From: Syntrophomonadaceae bacterium
GTDB taxonomy: Bacteria > Bacillota > Dethiobacteria > DTU022 > UBA8154
DNA: 64,000 nucleotides
Direction: 5' to 3'
Assembly (NCBI GenBank): GCA_003556225.1
Contig: PWRN01000027.1
Span: 10,019-74,018 of the forward strand
In this document: piece after piece, positions 47,753 through 57,341 of the stretch
Position numbering within the stretch: position 1 is the stretch's first letter
Layout: every line of letters begins with the position of its first letter
Translations under genes and position numbers: made by a program
Notes under the pieces: generated by a model
Databases searched by the model: none
Told to the model about the DNA's origin: nothing
Seen by the model: the letters and a program-made list of their open reading frames with translations, nothing else

Positions 47753-48202
47753 TTATTCCCTGTCGTCGTCTTCCTCCAGGTCTTCTTCTAGCGCTGCATC
47801 CCAGTCTTCATCGCTGGTAAAGACGACCTTGCCGCAGCCGGGACAAAGCACTTCCAGGGCTTCCTCGTCTTCCAGGATATCTTCATCGATGGCAACTTCC
47901 TGGTGACACTCCGGGCACTCTACGGTGAAGGGAACATCATAGATGTCTTCATCATAGTCGTCGAACAATTCATCTTCCGCTTCCATGTACCCTTCTTCCA
48001 GGTCTGAAAGATCTTCATCCAGGGCCTCAACATAAGAAAATAATTCGTCGTGATCATCTCTGACCTCTTCCAGGGAATCGACAATATCCTCGATAACCAT
48101 GATGATCTGGCGAATGATCTTTCCTTCCTTGGTATCATCATTTATGCCAAGACCTTCCGCCAGGCCTTTCAAGTAACCCAGCTTTGAATTTAAATCTTCC
48201 AT
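47753..48202 (-). CDS. CD1247-like acidic zinc-ribbon protein
   Basis: YLKGLAEGL......KEGK..., ECPEC and CPGC; GGAGGT RBS; typical neighbour of efp. Confidence 0.8.
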   Translation of the reverse strand: MEDLNSKLGYLKGLAEGLGINDDTKEGKIIRQIIMVIEDIVDSLEEVRDDHDELFSYVEALDEDLSDLEEGYMEAEDELFDDYDEDIYDVPFTVECPECHQEVAIDEDILEDEEALEVLCPGCGKVVFTSDEDWDAALEEDLEEDDDRE

Positions 48203-48221
48203 TTTCACATACCTCCTCTTA

Positions 48222-48779
48222 TTATACCCGTTCCAGGTAGTTACCGGTCCGGGTATCGATCCGTAAAACATCTCCTTCACTGATAAAAAAGGGGACTTGC
48301 ACCACCAACCCGGTTTGGAGCTTTGCCGGTTTGCTGCCGCCTGATGCCGTATCTCCTTTGTACGCCGGATCCGTTTCGATCACTTCCAGTTCAACGGAAT
48401 GCGGCAGCTCGATGCCGATATTCTCCTCTTTAAAGAAAAGCATACTGATTTTCATATTTTCTTTCAAGAACTTTAGATTGTCGCCCAGTTGATCAGCATG
48501 GAGCGAAAACTGTTCATAGCTTTCCGTATTCATGAAAAAATATTCTTCTCCCGAGTTGTAGAGATACTCCATCTCCCTGCGTTCAATCATCGCTCGTGCC
48601 AATTTTTCGCCGGCACGGAATGTTTTTTCGGTAATCGAACCTGTGCGCATATTTTTTAATTTGGAACGCACAAAAGCAGCTCCCTTGCCCGGCTTGACAT
48701 GTTGGAAATCCATGACCATGTATACTTCGCCTTCCAGCTCAATCGTTAAACCTGTTTGAAAATCATTTGTTGAGATCAT
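48222..48779 (-). CDS. efp: translation elongation factor P
   Basis: [32 protein letters not shown]....IDTR.G.Y..R. Confidence 0.97.
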   Translation of the reverse strand: MISTNDFQTGLTIELEGEVYMVMDFQHVKPGKGAAFVRSKLKNMRTGSITEKTFRAGEKLARAMIERREMEYLYNSGEEYFFMNTESYEQFSLHADQLGDNLKFLKENMKISMLFFKEENIGIELPHSVELEVIETDPAYKGDTASGGSKPAKLQTGLVVQVPFFISEGDVLRIDTRTGNYLERV

Positions 48780-48808
48780 CCATTGAATCCCTCCCCGGCG
48801 GGTTTAAT

Positions 48809-49927
48809 CTATTGATGGTAGGTTAATATTTTCGCGCTCCGGGTGAGCCGTTCGGGTCCACTGCTGCGCAGCAGCACCAAGTCTTCCAGGCGAATGCCCC
48901 CCCAATCTCGATAATAGAGGCCCGGCTCAATGGAAAACACCATTCCCGGTTCCAGGTTCCCCTGCCCTCGAGGTGAAAGGGAAGGTTTTTCGTGGACTTC
49001 CAACCCGATGCCATGGCCCAGGCCGTGACCAAATTGTTCCTCACAGCCCTGTTCATGAAAAAATTGCCTCACCCGGGCATCCACTTCCGTGACAGCAACC
49101 CCGGGTTTAATATATTGAAACGCCAGTTCCTGTGCTTCCATGACAAGGTTAAATCTCTCTTCCTGGATCCCATCGGGCTTTCCTACAACCAGGGTGCGGG
49201 TCATATCCGAGCAGTAGCCCCCGGATACGGCCCCAAAATCCAGGGTAACCAGCTCGTTTTCCCGGATAATCTTTTTTGTGGCGACACCGTGAGGCAAAGC
49301 TGAACGAGGCCCGGATGCCACGATGAGGGGAAAGGGAATTCTTTCCGCACCTTTTTTTCGAAGCAGATATTCCAGCTCACAGGCGACATCGAATTCGCTG
49401 ACGCCCGGACGGATGAAGGGAAGCACCTGCTGGAATGCACTGTCGGCAATACGGACCGCCGCAATGATATACTCAATTTCATCGTCAGTTTTCATGGCCC
49501 GGAGTGTTTCCACAAGGCCGTTTGCCGCAAGTAATTGCAACCTTTCCCCGGATTTTTCCGCAAGTTTTTTAAAGGCTTTTACCGACAGGTACTCCTCTTC
49601 CACAGCCAGGGCGCGAATCCCTTCCCGGGCTAAAAAGCTCATGATTTTTTCGTAATCCAGACCCCCGTCGATCTTCACGGTTTCGAACAGTGGAGATTGT
49701 GTTCGTGCCTGGTCAAGGTAGCGAAAATCTGTAAAGAGGTATGACCGCTGGGGCGTCACCAGCAAAAACCCGTTGGTGCCTGTGAAACCGCTGAGGTACT
49801 GGATGTTGGGCGGATGATTGATCAGGACGGCACCGGCCCCTTGATCCAGCAGTTTCTCTCTCACGCGCTCCAGTCTTTGGATCCCCACCACCCTCTCCCG
49901 GCCTGCACACTGCCCTGACGCCCTCAT
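48809..49927 (-). CDS. Xaa-Pro aminopeptidase (M24)
   Basis: YLSGFTG, TDFRY, SALPHG, D.G....GYCSDMTRT, HGLGHG.GLEVHE.P, EPG.Y....GG.R.ED; true start may be GTG at ~49888. Confidence 0.93.
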   Translation of the reverse strand: MRASGQCAGRERVVGIQRLERVREKLLDQGAGAVLINHPPNIQYLSGFTGTNGFLLVTPQRSYLFTDFRYLDQARTQSPLFETVKIDGGLDYEKIMSFLAREGIRALAVEEEYLSVKAFKKLAEKSGERLQLLAANGLVETLRAMKTDDEIEYIIAAVRIADSAFQQVLPFIRPGVSEFDVACELEYLLRKKGAERIPFPLIVASGPRSALPHGVATKKIIRENELVTLDFGAVSGGYCSDMTRTLVVGKPDGIQEERFNLVMEAQELAFQYIKPGVAVTEVDARVRQFFHEQGCEEQFGHGLGHGIGLEVHEKPSLSPRGQGNLEPGMVFSIEPGLYYRDWGGIRLEDLVLLRSSGPERLTRSAKILTYHQ

Positions 49928-50376
49928 TTTTTTTCGATGAGCTCGCTAATGGCCCGCAAGGCCAGCAGGTAACTTGCGGGGCCGAACCCACATACCTGTC
50001 CTTGCACAACTGGTGCAATGACAGATCGATTTCGAAATTCTTCGCGGCTGTAAATGTTGGTCAGGTGCACTTCTACCGCCGGGATGGCCACCGCGGCCAG
50101 GGCATCCCTGATGGCCAGGCTGTAGTGGGTGTAAGCCCCGGGGTTAATGATGATCCCCTGGTACTGCAGCAGCGCTTCATGGATCCAATCGATAATCACA
50201 CCTTCGCTGTTGCTTTGTCGAATATCAAGTTCCAGCTCCAGCTTCTTCCCCTCTGCAATCAGTAAATCATTGATATCTTTGAGGGTTTTTGTTCCATAAA
50301 GCGATCTTTCCCTCGAACCCAGCAGGTTGAGATTGGGGCCGTGGATAACCAGGATGCGTTTCTTTTTGTCCTTCAT
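49924..50376 (-). CDS. aroQ: type II 3-dehydroquinate dehydratase
   Basis: HGPNLNLLG.RE..YG, QSN.EG, INPGAYTHYS.A.RDA, EVHL.N..RE.FR. Confidence 0.96.
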   Translation of the reverse strand: MKDKKKRILVIHGPNLNLLGSRERSLYGTKTLKDINDLLIAEGKKLELELDIRQSNSEGVIIDWIHEALLQYQGIIINPGAYTHYSLAIRDALAAVAIPAVEVHLTNIYSREEFRNRSVIAPVVQGQVCGFGPASYLLALRAISELIEKK

Positions 50377-50502
50377 GAGGTACTCCTCTGCACCAGGATT
50401 TCTGACAGGCTGATTTCTTCACGCTTTTGAAGCTTTTTGTTAATTTCCACTTCCCGGCGTAAATTCCTGCCGATACTGTATAAAAGCCAACATTTCTCCG
50501 GA

Positions 50503-51057
50503 TTATTCCAGTGCATGCTGCAGCAAGACCACGATTTCTTCCGCGATCTCCTCCGGGTTTCTCGCTGTCGTCTTGACCTGGAAATCTGACTTCAGGTATT
50601 GATCCCTGCGCTCCTGGAGCAGGATGCGAATGCGCTCCTGCAAGCGACCTTCTTGCAGCAGCGGGCGATCCTTTTTATCTCTAAGTCTTTGCCAGGCCTC
50701 TTCCGGGCTGACCTCCAAATAAACAATCACCCCCACACGCTGCAAGGCAGCAATGTTGTCATGGCGCAGCACGACCCCTCCTCCGGTAGAAATAACACAG
50801 CTCTCCCGGGGAAGCCCCACCAGCTCCTGGACAACCTTGCTCTCTACCTGGCGGAAATACGCTTCCCCATACAGGTCGAAGATCTGTGAGATGGTCATGC
50901 CGGTTTTAAGTTCGATTATCTCATCCGTCTCCAGGAAATTCAAACCAAGCCGTCCTGCCAGCAAGCGGCCGATCGTCGTTTTCCCCGCCCCCATGAATCC
51001 GGTTAGTACGATGTTTTTGTTGGTTCCGACATTTTTTCGGTCCTGCTTGTTTCGCAT
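50503..51057 (-). CDS. aroK: shikimate kinase
   Basis: LTGFMGAGKTT.G, GE.YFR..E, STGGG, RPLL, R...Y. Confidence 0.95.
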   Translation of the reverse strand: MRNKQDRKNVGTNKNIVLTGFMGAGKTTIGRLLAGRLGLNFLETDEIIELKTGMTISQIFDLYGEAYFRQVESKVVQELVGLPRESCVISTGGGVVLRHDNIAALQRVGVIVYLEVSPEEAWQRLRDKKDRPLLQEGRLQERIRILLQERRDQYLKSDFQVKTTARNPEEIAEEIVVLLQHALE

Positions 51058-51150
51058 GTTTCTTCTTCCTTTAACCCTTTTTTTTCGCCGCGGTGAAGCC
51101 CCCGTCCTTACCTCTTCTCTTTGCTCAAGCCCGCCGGGAAGGAGAATGGA

Positions 51151-51615
51151 TTACCAGTACTCCGGGGGTTCCCTGGAGAGGCGCACCCTCCCCGTCACCG
51201 GGGTCATAATGATATAGTATTTCCCGCCGCTCCTGGATTCCAGCGTCACGGTGCCTCCACTGCTGGGTCTACCCTTGTAATTAAAATATACAGAGGGAGG
51301 CGTTCCCGGGAACGTGGTTGTCCCAAAATAATTGATGCCGGCAGGAAGCTCAATGCAGTGCGTTCCGGTACTGAAGCGCAGGGCATAGCAATTCGCGTAT
51401 AGATAAAAAACAACTTCACTGTGTTTTCCGCTGGCAATGGCATCCACTCTCGCCTCTCTCAGGTGAACTGCCAGCTCATCTGCTGCGGACTGAAGACTCC
51501 AGCTTTCCAGCGACGGCCAGGCCAGCACGGCGATACTTACAACAAGGGTCAGCAAAGAGAGGACAATGAGGACTTCAAGGATCGTGAATCCCGGGCTGAC
51601 CTGCCGGTTTTTCAT
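51151..51615 (-). CDS. minor pilin/pseudopilin (GspH/FimT-like)
   Basis: Class III signal PG|FTILEVLIV, L..AR..AI, F...G.P..GG, TGRVR C-terminus. Confidence 0.85.
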   Translation of the reverse strand: MKNRQVSPGFTILEVLIVLSLLTLVVSIAVLAWPSLESWSLQSAADELAVHLREARVDAIASGKHSEVVFYLYANCYALRFSTGTHCIELPAGINYFGTTTFPGTPPSVYFNYKGRPSSGGTVTLESRSGGKYYIIMTPVTGRVRLSREPPEYW

Positions 51616-51634
51616 CAAACAGTTTACTCGACCC

Positions 51635-52567
51635 TTAAGGTAAAGCATGAGCAGGCCCCCAACGTTTCGTCCCGGGTATAATGGAAAGCGTACGCTTGTG
51701 CTGTAAATCATGAACTCCTGTGCTGGCTTCTAGAACGATTTCTTCTGAAAAAACGTAGGTCCCCGCTTCGACCAGTTCTGCTCCCTGTTCGTTCCGTACC
51801 GGCTGGAGAAATTGCACGCGGATTCCCTCGGGGCCGGATCCCCGCAAATGCAGGCGGGCATCTAGCCCGGAAAGGATCACTTCTCCTCGAAAAACAAGGG
51901 TTTCCGCCGAGAGTTCCACGCTGCAGTCTTCTATGAACAAACTGGGAACATTTTCAAAAAATACCTGGGGGGCCCGGTAGGCATAATGGGCGCAACAATG
52001 TGCGGCCTGGGCGCTTTCGTAAACGGCGACGGCCCCGTCATCCTGCTCGGCCGCATCCATCAGCAGTTCCCCGCTGTCTGCATCAATCCATTCCAGGGAG
52101 ACTGCGTCCAGGGCATCGGCAGGGGTCGAAGGCACCGTCTTGAATTGGAGGAATAGCGATTCCTGGACATGTCCGCGATTCCCCGCGGCATGGATCTTTA
52201 CCCACTGACCCCGGTTTTCTCCCGCAATATGCTCCACTGTCACATCCGTCTTTCCCTGCTCCATATCCCGGGAAAAGCCATCCTGAAATGCGGGGGCTTG
52301 TTTTAACACCCCCAGGGCTAACTCAACACCGGAAAGGGCATAATAATAAGCGGTGAGATTCTTCTCATGTTTCACGGTGATCCTGCTGTCAATCAGACTT
52401 AGCTGCAGCAGGGCACCGCCCAGCACGAGCATGACACTGAAGAGAATCAAGACGGTGATCAGGGCAGAGCCTTTGGAGTTCACCCCGGACAAGAACCGCG
52501 GCTGGTTGTCCCCCTCGTTACAGGTTTCGCACCTGGAAAGACCCCCGCAGGGCATAATAATCATCAC
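51635..52567 (-). CDS. PilX-like minor pilin (start uncertain, probably ~52490)
   Basis: KG|SALITVLIL hydrophobic N-terminus lacking E5, AYYYA.SG.E motif. Confidence 0.7.
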   Translation of the reverse strand: MMIIMPCGGLSRCETCNEGDNQPRFLSGVNSKGSALITVLILFSVMLVLGGALLQLSLIDSRITVKHEKNLTAYYYALSGVELALGVLKQAPAFQDGFSRDMEQGKTDVTVEHIAGENRGQWVKIHAAGNRGHVQESLFLQFKTVPSTPADALDAVSLEWIDADSGELLMDAAEQDDGAVAVYESAQAAHCCAHYAYRAPQVFFENVPSLFIEDCSVELSAETLVFRGEVILSGLDARLHLRGSGPEGIRVQFLQPVRNEQGAELVEAGTYVFSEEIVLEASTGVHDLQHKRTLSIIPGTKRWGPAHALP

Positions 52568-52979
52568 CTTGTCCCCCTGAGATGTAGTAACCTAGCATGC
52601 CCCGCTGGGCGCAAAAAGTAAATTGCAAGTCCTTGATCTGGTAGGCGATCTTGTTTTCCACGAAGTTGGTGAACAAGACAATCTCTTCGCCTTTCAGCTT
52701 GATCGCATAGCCATTGTCGTCTTCAGGTAACGTAAAGCGAATCTCCGTGGGGCTGGGGACAACCAGGGTCTGGGCATAACGAACTTCCCGGAAAATAAAA
52801 TCTGCTGCGATGCGCACATTCTGCTGCACATCAACGTTTTCCCTGCCGGTTTCATACGCGCGAACTCCAAAGAAAAACAAGGAATAAGCGGCGACAAAGA
52901 TGAGGCTCATGATGGCCATGACAATGACGCATTCCAGCAGGGTGAACCCTTTACGCTGATGCTGAAGGGTAGAAATCAT
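52518..52979 (-). CDS. PilW-like minor pilin
   Basis: KG|FTLLEC.IV, QQNVR.A...I.RE.R.A. Confidence 0.82.
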   Translation of the reverse strand: MISTLQHQRKGFTLLECVIVMAIMSLIFVAAYSLFFFGVRAYETGRENVDVQQNVRIAADFIFREVRYAQTLVVPSPTEIRFTLPEDDNGYAIKLKGEEIVLFTNFVENKIAYQIKDLQFTFCAQRGMLGYYISGGQGDDYYALRGSFQVRNL

Positions 52980-52987
52980 TACGTTTC

Positions 52988-53455
52988 CTAATCCTTTACA
53001 AAAGAAGTGAAGACAACGGCAAGGTCCGGGGAGCCCTGGCTGCGGTAATGGGCTTCCACGGTAATTTTCAAAACATCGACAGGATAGCCGCTGGCCTGCA
53101 AGGACTGCGCTTCAAGCTGCAGGGAGTGGAACATATCCTCAAATCCCGGCACGGGATCAGAATCGACCCGGGCGATCTCCCCGGGGCGAGAAAAATCTGG
53201 GTTTATACTGCAGGCATAATCCCAAAGCTCATCATAGGACATGGCTCGAAGGCTTTCCATCTGCTCCTGGGCCAGCCCCGCCAGCTGGGTTCTTTTCGCG
53301 TTTAAGCCGCAATAAGCGTAACTGTTCAGCAGCAGTGATAACAAAGAGACGCCTACCAATCCCAGCAGGGCCAGGGCGATAAGAACTTCCACGAGTGAAA
53401 ATCCCCGTTGACAGCCGGGGGAAAACGGGGAAACCCTTTTCATAACGCCCCTCAT
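52988..53455 (-). CDS. PilV-like minor pilin
   Basis: RG|FSLVEVLIAL, LAQ..ME.LR. Confidence 0.82.
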   Translation of the reverse strand: MRGVMKRVSPFSPGCQRGFSLVEVLIALALLGLVGVSLLSLLLNSYAYCGLNAKRTQLAGLAQEQMESLRAMSYDELWDYACSINPDFSRPGEIARVDSDPVPGFEDMFHSLQLEAQSLQASGYPVDVLKITVEAHYRSQGSPDLAVVFTSFVKD

Positions 53456-53493
53456 GAGGACCTCCCGTGACCAGAATGGACAAGCCGATTTAT

Positions 53494-54636
53494 TTACACG
53501 TATGCAAATAATTCAAACATGGGGAGAAGCACGGAAATGACAACAAGGCCGACAATAACTGCCATAAAAAGGATTAAGGCCGGTTCCAGGATGGCGCCCA
53601 GGCGGTTCAACGTGTGTTCTACGTCTTGCTCATAAAAGGAGGCAGACCTTCCCAGCAGGTGATCCAGGGTCCCGGTTTGTTCGCCTGTTTGTACCAGGCC
53701 AATCACCATGGGAGGGAAAGCGTTTGTGCGGGCAAGGGCATCGGCAACACTGGATCCATGTACGATCCTTGTTTTGCTCTGCTCAATTTTGGTTTTAAAT
53801 ACCCTGTTGTCTGTCACCTGGCCGGCGAGCTCCAGGGCCAGCAGCAGGTCTACTCCACTGCTTAACATGGTTCCCAGGGTTCGGCAAAACGTGGCGACAA
53901 GAGTCTTGCGGTAAAAAGCGCTTACAAAAGGAATGGAAAAGAAGAGGCGATCTTTTGCATACATGCCTTTTTCTGTTTTCAAAGCCAGGCGACAGGCGAA
54001 AAACAGCAGGAGCAAAGATAGGATCAAAAGATGCCAGTGTTTTGCTCCGACCTGGCCCAGGAAAAGGACCGTCCGGGTCAGCAAGGGCAGTTCAGCTCCC
54101 ATACCTAAAAACACGCTTTCAAAGCGGGGCACAACAAAAGAAAAGAGAAAAAGAACCACCAGGACCAGGACGCCGGCGATAATCTTGGGATAAGCGGTGG
54201 CCGACTTGATATTTTGCTCCAAATTGTGTTGTTTTTCAAAGTGCACACTCAACCGCTGCAGGGCCACGTCCAGTTTTCCACTGTTTTCTCCTGCCTGGAT
54301 CATGCGGATGAAAATCGCGGGGAAAACGTGGTCCTGCTGCTTGAAAGCGTCGGAAATTGATACGCCTGCTTCAACTTGCGCCGCAATGGTTTCCAATATT
54401 TTTTTCAACCCGTGACTGCGTGCTTCATGGCTAACAAGCCGTAAACTTGCCGTGACAGGCAGCCCGGCTTCTGTCATGGTTGCAATCCGGGTTGAAATAT
54501 CCATCAACTGGTTGGCTTTCAAGCGAGGCCGGAACAGGGGTAACGAGATGGGTGTGTAACCTATCTTTTTCCATTTACTGATGAACCCGCCTGCCGTATT
54601 GTGGGGGGATTGCTGCTTTCCTCGAGACTCGAGCAC
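53494..54636 (-). CDS. pilC: type II secretion F/PilC family platform protein (5' end atypical)
   Basis: AG.P...SL, AGE.SG.LD..L.RL, IKSA.AYP, FCRTL.TML.SGV, GEQTG.LD, LEP. Confidence 0.88.
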   Translation of the reverse strand: MLESRGKQQSPHNTAGGFISKWKKIGYTPISLPLFRPRLKANQLMDISTRIATMTEAGLPVTASLRLVSHEARSHGLKKILETIAAQVEAGVSISDAFKQQDHVFPAIFIRMIQAGENSGKLDVALQRLSVHFEKQHNLEQNIKSATAYPKIIAGVLVLVVLFLFSFVVPRFESVFLGMGAELPLLTRTVLFLGQVGAKHWHLLILSLLLLFFACRLALKTEKGMYAKDRLFFSIPFVSAFYRKTLVATFCRTLGTMLSSGVDLLLALELAGQVTDNRVFKTKIEQSKTRIVHGSSVADALARTNAFPPMVIGLVQTGEQTGTLDHLLGRSASFYEQDVEHTLNRLGAILEPALILFMAVIVGLVVISVLLPMFELFAYV

Positions 54637-55008
54637 GTTTGCCTCCTGGAGTGGTTCCTTGAGTAGGTCCCGGTTAAATCCTTTGCTTTGAAAGAATAAC
54701 TTGCCTTGCCTGCAGCATGCATTTTCGAGGAATCGCCGGCGCCGGTGAAGTGAGAGGGTGCTGCACTGGAACTCCCATTAGTATTCGACCGATCCCCGGC
54801 ATTTCCTGCCTGGTCGTTTCCATCAGGGAGCAATGATCAAATATTTTTTTTGATCGAGATCGTGATCATCTCTATAATCATTAGCATGATTCTTGTCATT
54901 CTGGTAATCCCGGCAGTCTTCTACCCTAAAAGATCATCTGACAGCGACAGGGACCTGGAAAGTACCTGTGGCATCTGGTTCTCCTGTCCCGGGCTGGAAA
55001 AAGCGCTG

Positions 55009-56301
55009 CTAAAACGCCGAGTAGGCCACCCGCATCACTTCATCTAACGTCGTCACTCCCTCCTTGCTTCGCCTGATTCCATCCTGTATAAAGGGAATCA
55101 TGCCTTTCGCTACCGCACAGTTGCGGATCGTATCCGTATTCGAAGAACTCCGAATCATTTGGCGCATTTCTTCATCTACAGGCATGATTTCGTGAATGGC
55201 CGTTCTTCCTTTAAACCCTGTGCCGCTACAGGCCGCGCAGCCCTTGCCTTGATAAAGCCGGGTGACTTCCTTCCCGGGATAACTTGCCTCTATCATGGCC
55301 AGATCTGTGGGTGAGGGTTCGTAACTGTCTCGACAGTGCAGGCAGATCAAGCGCACCAACCGCTGCGAGACAATGCCAACCAGGGAAGCGGTCAAGAGAT
55401 AGGGTTTAACACCCATGTCGAGCAGGCGAGTGATGGAGCGAACCGCGTCATTTGTATGAAGTGTGGAAAAAACCAGGTGCCCGGTCAAGGCTGCCCGCGT
55501 CACAATTTCCGCTGTTTCCGTATCCCGGATTTCCCCCACCATGATGATATCGGGATCTTGCCTTAAAGCTGAACGGAGGGTCGCGGCGAAGGTTAATCCA
55601 ATCCTGGAGTTAACCTGGACCTGGTTGATTCGCTCGAGACGATATTCCACGGGATTTTCCACGGTTAAAATATTCTTTTCAGGGCTATTTAAGTATTGCA
55701 GCGTTGAATAAAGCGTGGTCGTCTTTCCACATCCCGTGGGGCCGGTTACCAGGACCATGCCATATGGATTGTCTAAAAAACGATAATAGCGCTCCAGGTT
55801 AAGCGGGCTGAAGCCCAGGGCCTCCAGGGGGCGAACAACTTTTTCTGGATTGAGCACCCGTAAAACCAGTTTCTCTCCATGAACCGTGGGGAGTGATGAC
55901 ACACGAATATGTATGGTTTTTTCTGCAACCTCGACGTGGATGCTCCCATCCTGCGGCAATCGTCTTTCTGCGATATCCATTCCCGCCAGCAACTTCACCC
56001 GGGAGATCACCTGCGCCATTACATCTTTGCTGCATGGGGGCAAATCCCTCAAGGCACCGTCAATACGGTGCCGAACCTGGAGTTTGTCTGCACAGGGTTC
56101 AAGATGAATATCGCTGGCATCGTGGCGAACCCCCGTATCAATTAACGTGTTAACCCACTGCACCACCGATGCTTCAAAACCCGCTGAGGCCCCGTCCGGT
56201 TTCGTTTTCCCGGCGCCGGGGGACGAAATTCCGAGATACTCCCCCCCGGTGCCAGGGCTATCTTGCAAAAAACCCCCGGCGCGATTCGTTTTTCTCTTCA
56301 C
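55009..56301 (-). CDS. pilB: PilB/GspE family assembly ATPase (short N-terminus)
   Basis: ASDIHLEP, DIAERRLPQDG, TGPTG.GKTTTLY, E.PVEY, LRQDPD.IMVGEIRD, TGHLV.STLHTN, CxxC...CxxC. Confidence 0.92.
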   Translation of the reverse strand: MKRKTNRAGGFLQDSPGTGGEYLGISSPGAGKTKPDGASAGFEASVVQWVNTLIDTGVRHDASDIHLEPCADKLQVRHRIDGALRDLPPCSKDVMAQVISRVKLLAGMDIAERRLPQDGSIHVEVAEKTIHIRVSSLPTVHGEKLVLRVLNPEKVVRPLEALGFSPLNLERYYRFLDNPYGMVLVTGPTGCGKTTTLYSTLQYLNSPEKNILTVENPVEYRLERINQVQVNSRIGLTFAATLRSALRQDPDIIMVGEIRDTETAEIVTRAALTGHLVFSTLHTNDAVRSITRLLDMGVKPYLLTASLVGIVSQRLVRLICLHCRDSYEPSPTDLAMIEASYPGKEVTRLYQGKGCAACSGTGFKGRTAIHEIMPVDEEMRQMIRSSSNTDTIRNCAVAKGMIPFIQDGIRRSKEGVTTLDEVMRVAYSAF

Positions 56302-56447
56302 CGACAACCCTCCCCCGCGCTCGCGTTTCAATGTCAGAATTCTGGCACAGTGTCGCTGTTCTCGTTCTCCCCGACCGGCACAAGGCACGGTACATAAAAA
56401 AAGCAGGATCCTTAATCCTGGGATCACACGGTTACAAAAATGCCTTC

Positions 56448-57341
56448 CTATTTCACGGCAGCCAGGAGGGCTTTTTCCATCTCAAGTGCGGGGGCCTTTT
56501 CCCCGGTAAATATTTCGAAGGCCTGGAGACCCTGCCCGAGAAGCATATCCAGCCCGTTAATCCCCGCTGCACCCTGGTTCCTGGCCCAATCCAGGAAAGG
56601 AGTGATTTGGGGTTCATATCGCAGGTCAATAACGGTGCAGTGAGGTGCAAGTTGCGCCCCGGAGAACCGGTCCCACGCAAAGGGTTCGCTGCTCAGGGCA
56701 TGGACGATCATCGTAGAACGCTTCATGGCAGCGCAGAGCGCGTTCTTCTCCAGGGAAACAACGTGCACGTGTTTTCTGGAAAGTCGCTGTTCCCGGATTA
56801 AAAGCTCCGCCAGCTCCCGGGCTTTCCGCTCGGTGCGATTGGCGATGGTCAGTTCCTGCAGGGGGAAATGCGAAAGGGAAAATGCCACGGCTTTAGCCGC
56901 TCCTCCCGCTCCCAGCAAGCAAACCGTTTCCGCTTCCTTCCTGCGCTGCACGTTTTTCTCTAATAAAAAAGAAAAACCGAACACATCCGTGTTGTAACCT
57001 TTTAGTGTGCCGTTTTCGTTGCGCACCGTGTTCACAGCCCCGAGAAAAAGAGCTTCTGCTGAATGTTCATCCAGAAGGGGGAAAATGTTCTCTTTATGGG
57101 GTGCCGTCACGTTGATTCCGGAAATGTTCAGCGCAGGTAGCGCCCGCACGGCATCCTGCAGCTTTTCCGGGCTGACTCTAAAGGGCAGGTAGCAGTGATT
57201 TAACCCCCGCGCAATGAACCCGGCATTTTGCAGCACTGGAGAGAGCGAGTGCTCCACCGGGTCCCCGAAAAGGCCAAAAACCCTGGTTTTCCCATCTATC
57301 GTCAATCTTTCCTGCAGCTCCTTTATTGCCTTCCCGGGCAT
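56448..57341 (-). CDS. aroE: shikimate dehydrogenase
   Basis: G.PV.HSLSP, NVT.PHK, GAVNT, GYNTD..GF, GAGGAA, NRT, NGL.ML..Q. Confidence 0.94.
   Translation of the reverse strand: MPGKAIKELQERLTIDGKTRVFGLFGDPVEHSLSPVLQNAGFIARGLNHCYLPFRVSPEKLQDAVRALPALNISGINVTAPHKENIFPLLDEHSAEALFLGAVNTVRNENGTLKGYNTDVFGFSFLLEKNVQRRKEAETVCLLGAGGAAKAVAFSLSHFPLQELTIANRTERKARELAELLIREQRLSRKHVHVVSLEKNALCAAMKRSTMIVHALSSEPFAWDRFSGAQLAPHCTVIDLRYEPQITPFLDWARNQGAAGINGLDMLLGQGLQAFEIFTGEKAPALEMEKALLAAVK

Noticed and set aside
50377..50502. Open frame ending in an ATGA overlap with aroQ, as a possible aroB remnant
   Set aside because: No recognisable AroB motif; the spacer is better explained by a SigH-like promoter. aroB is simply absent here
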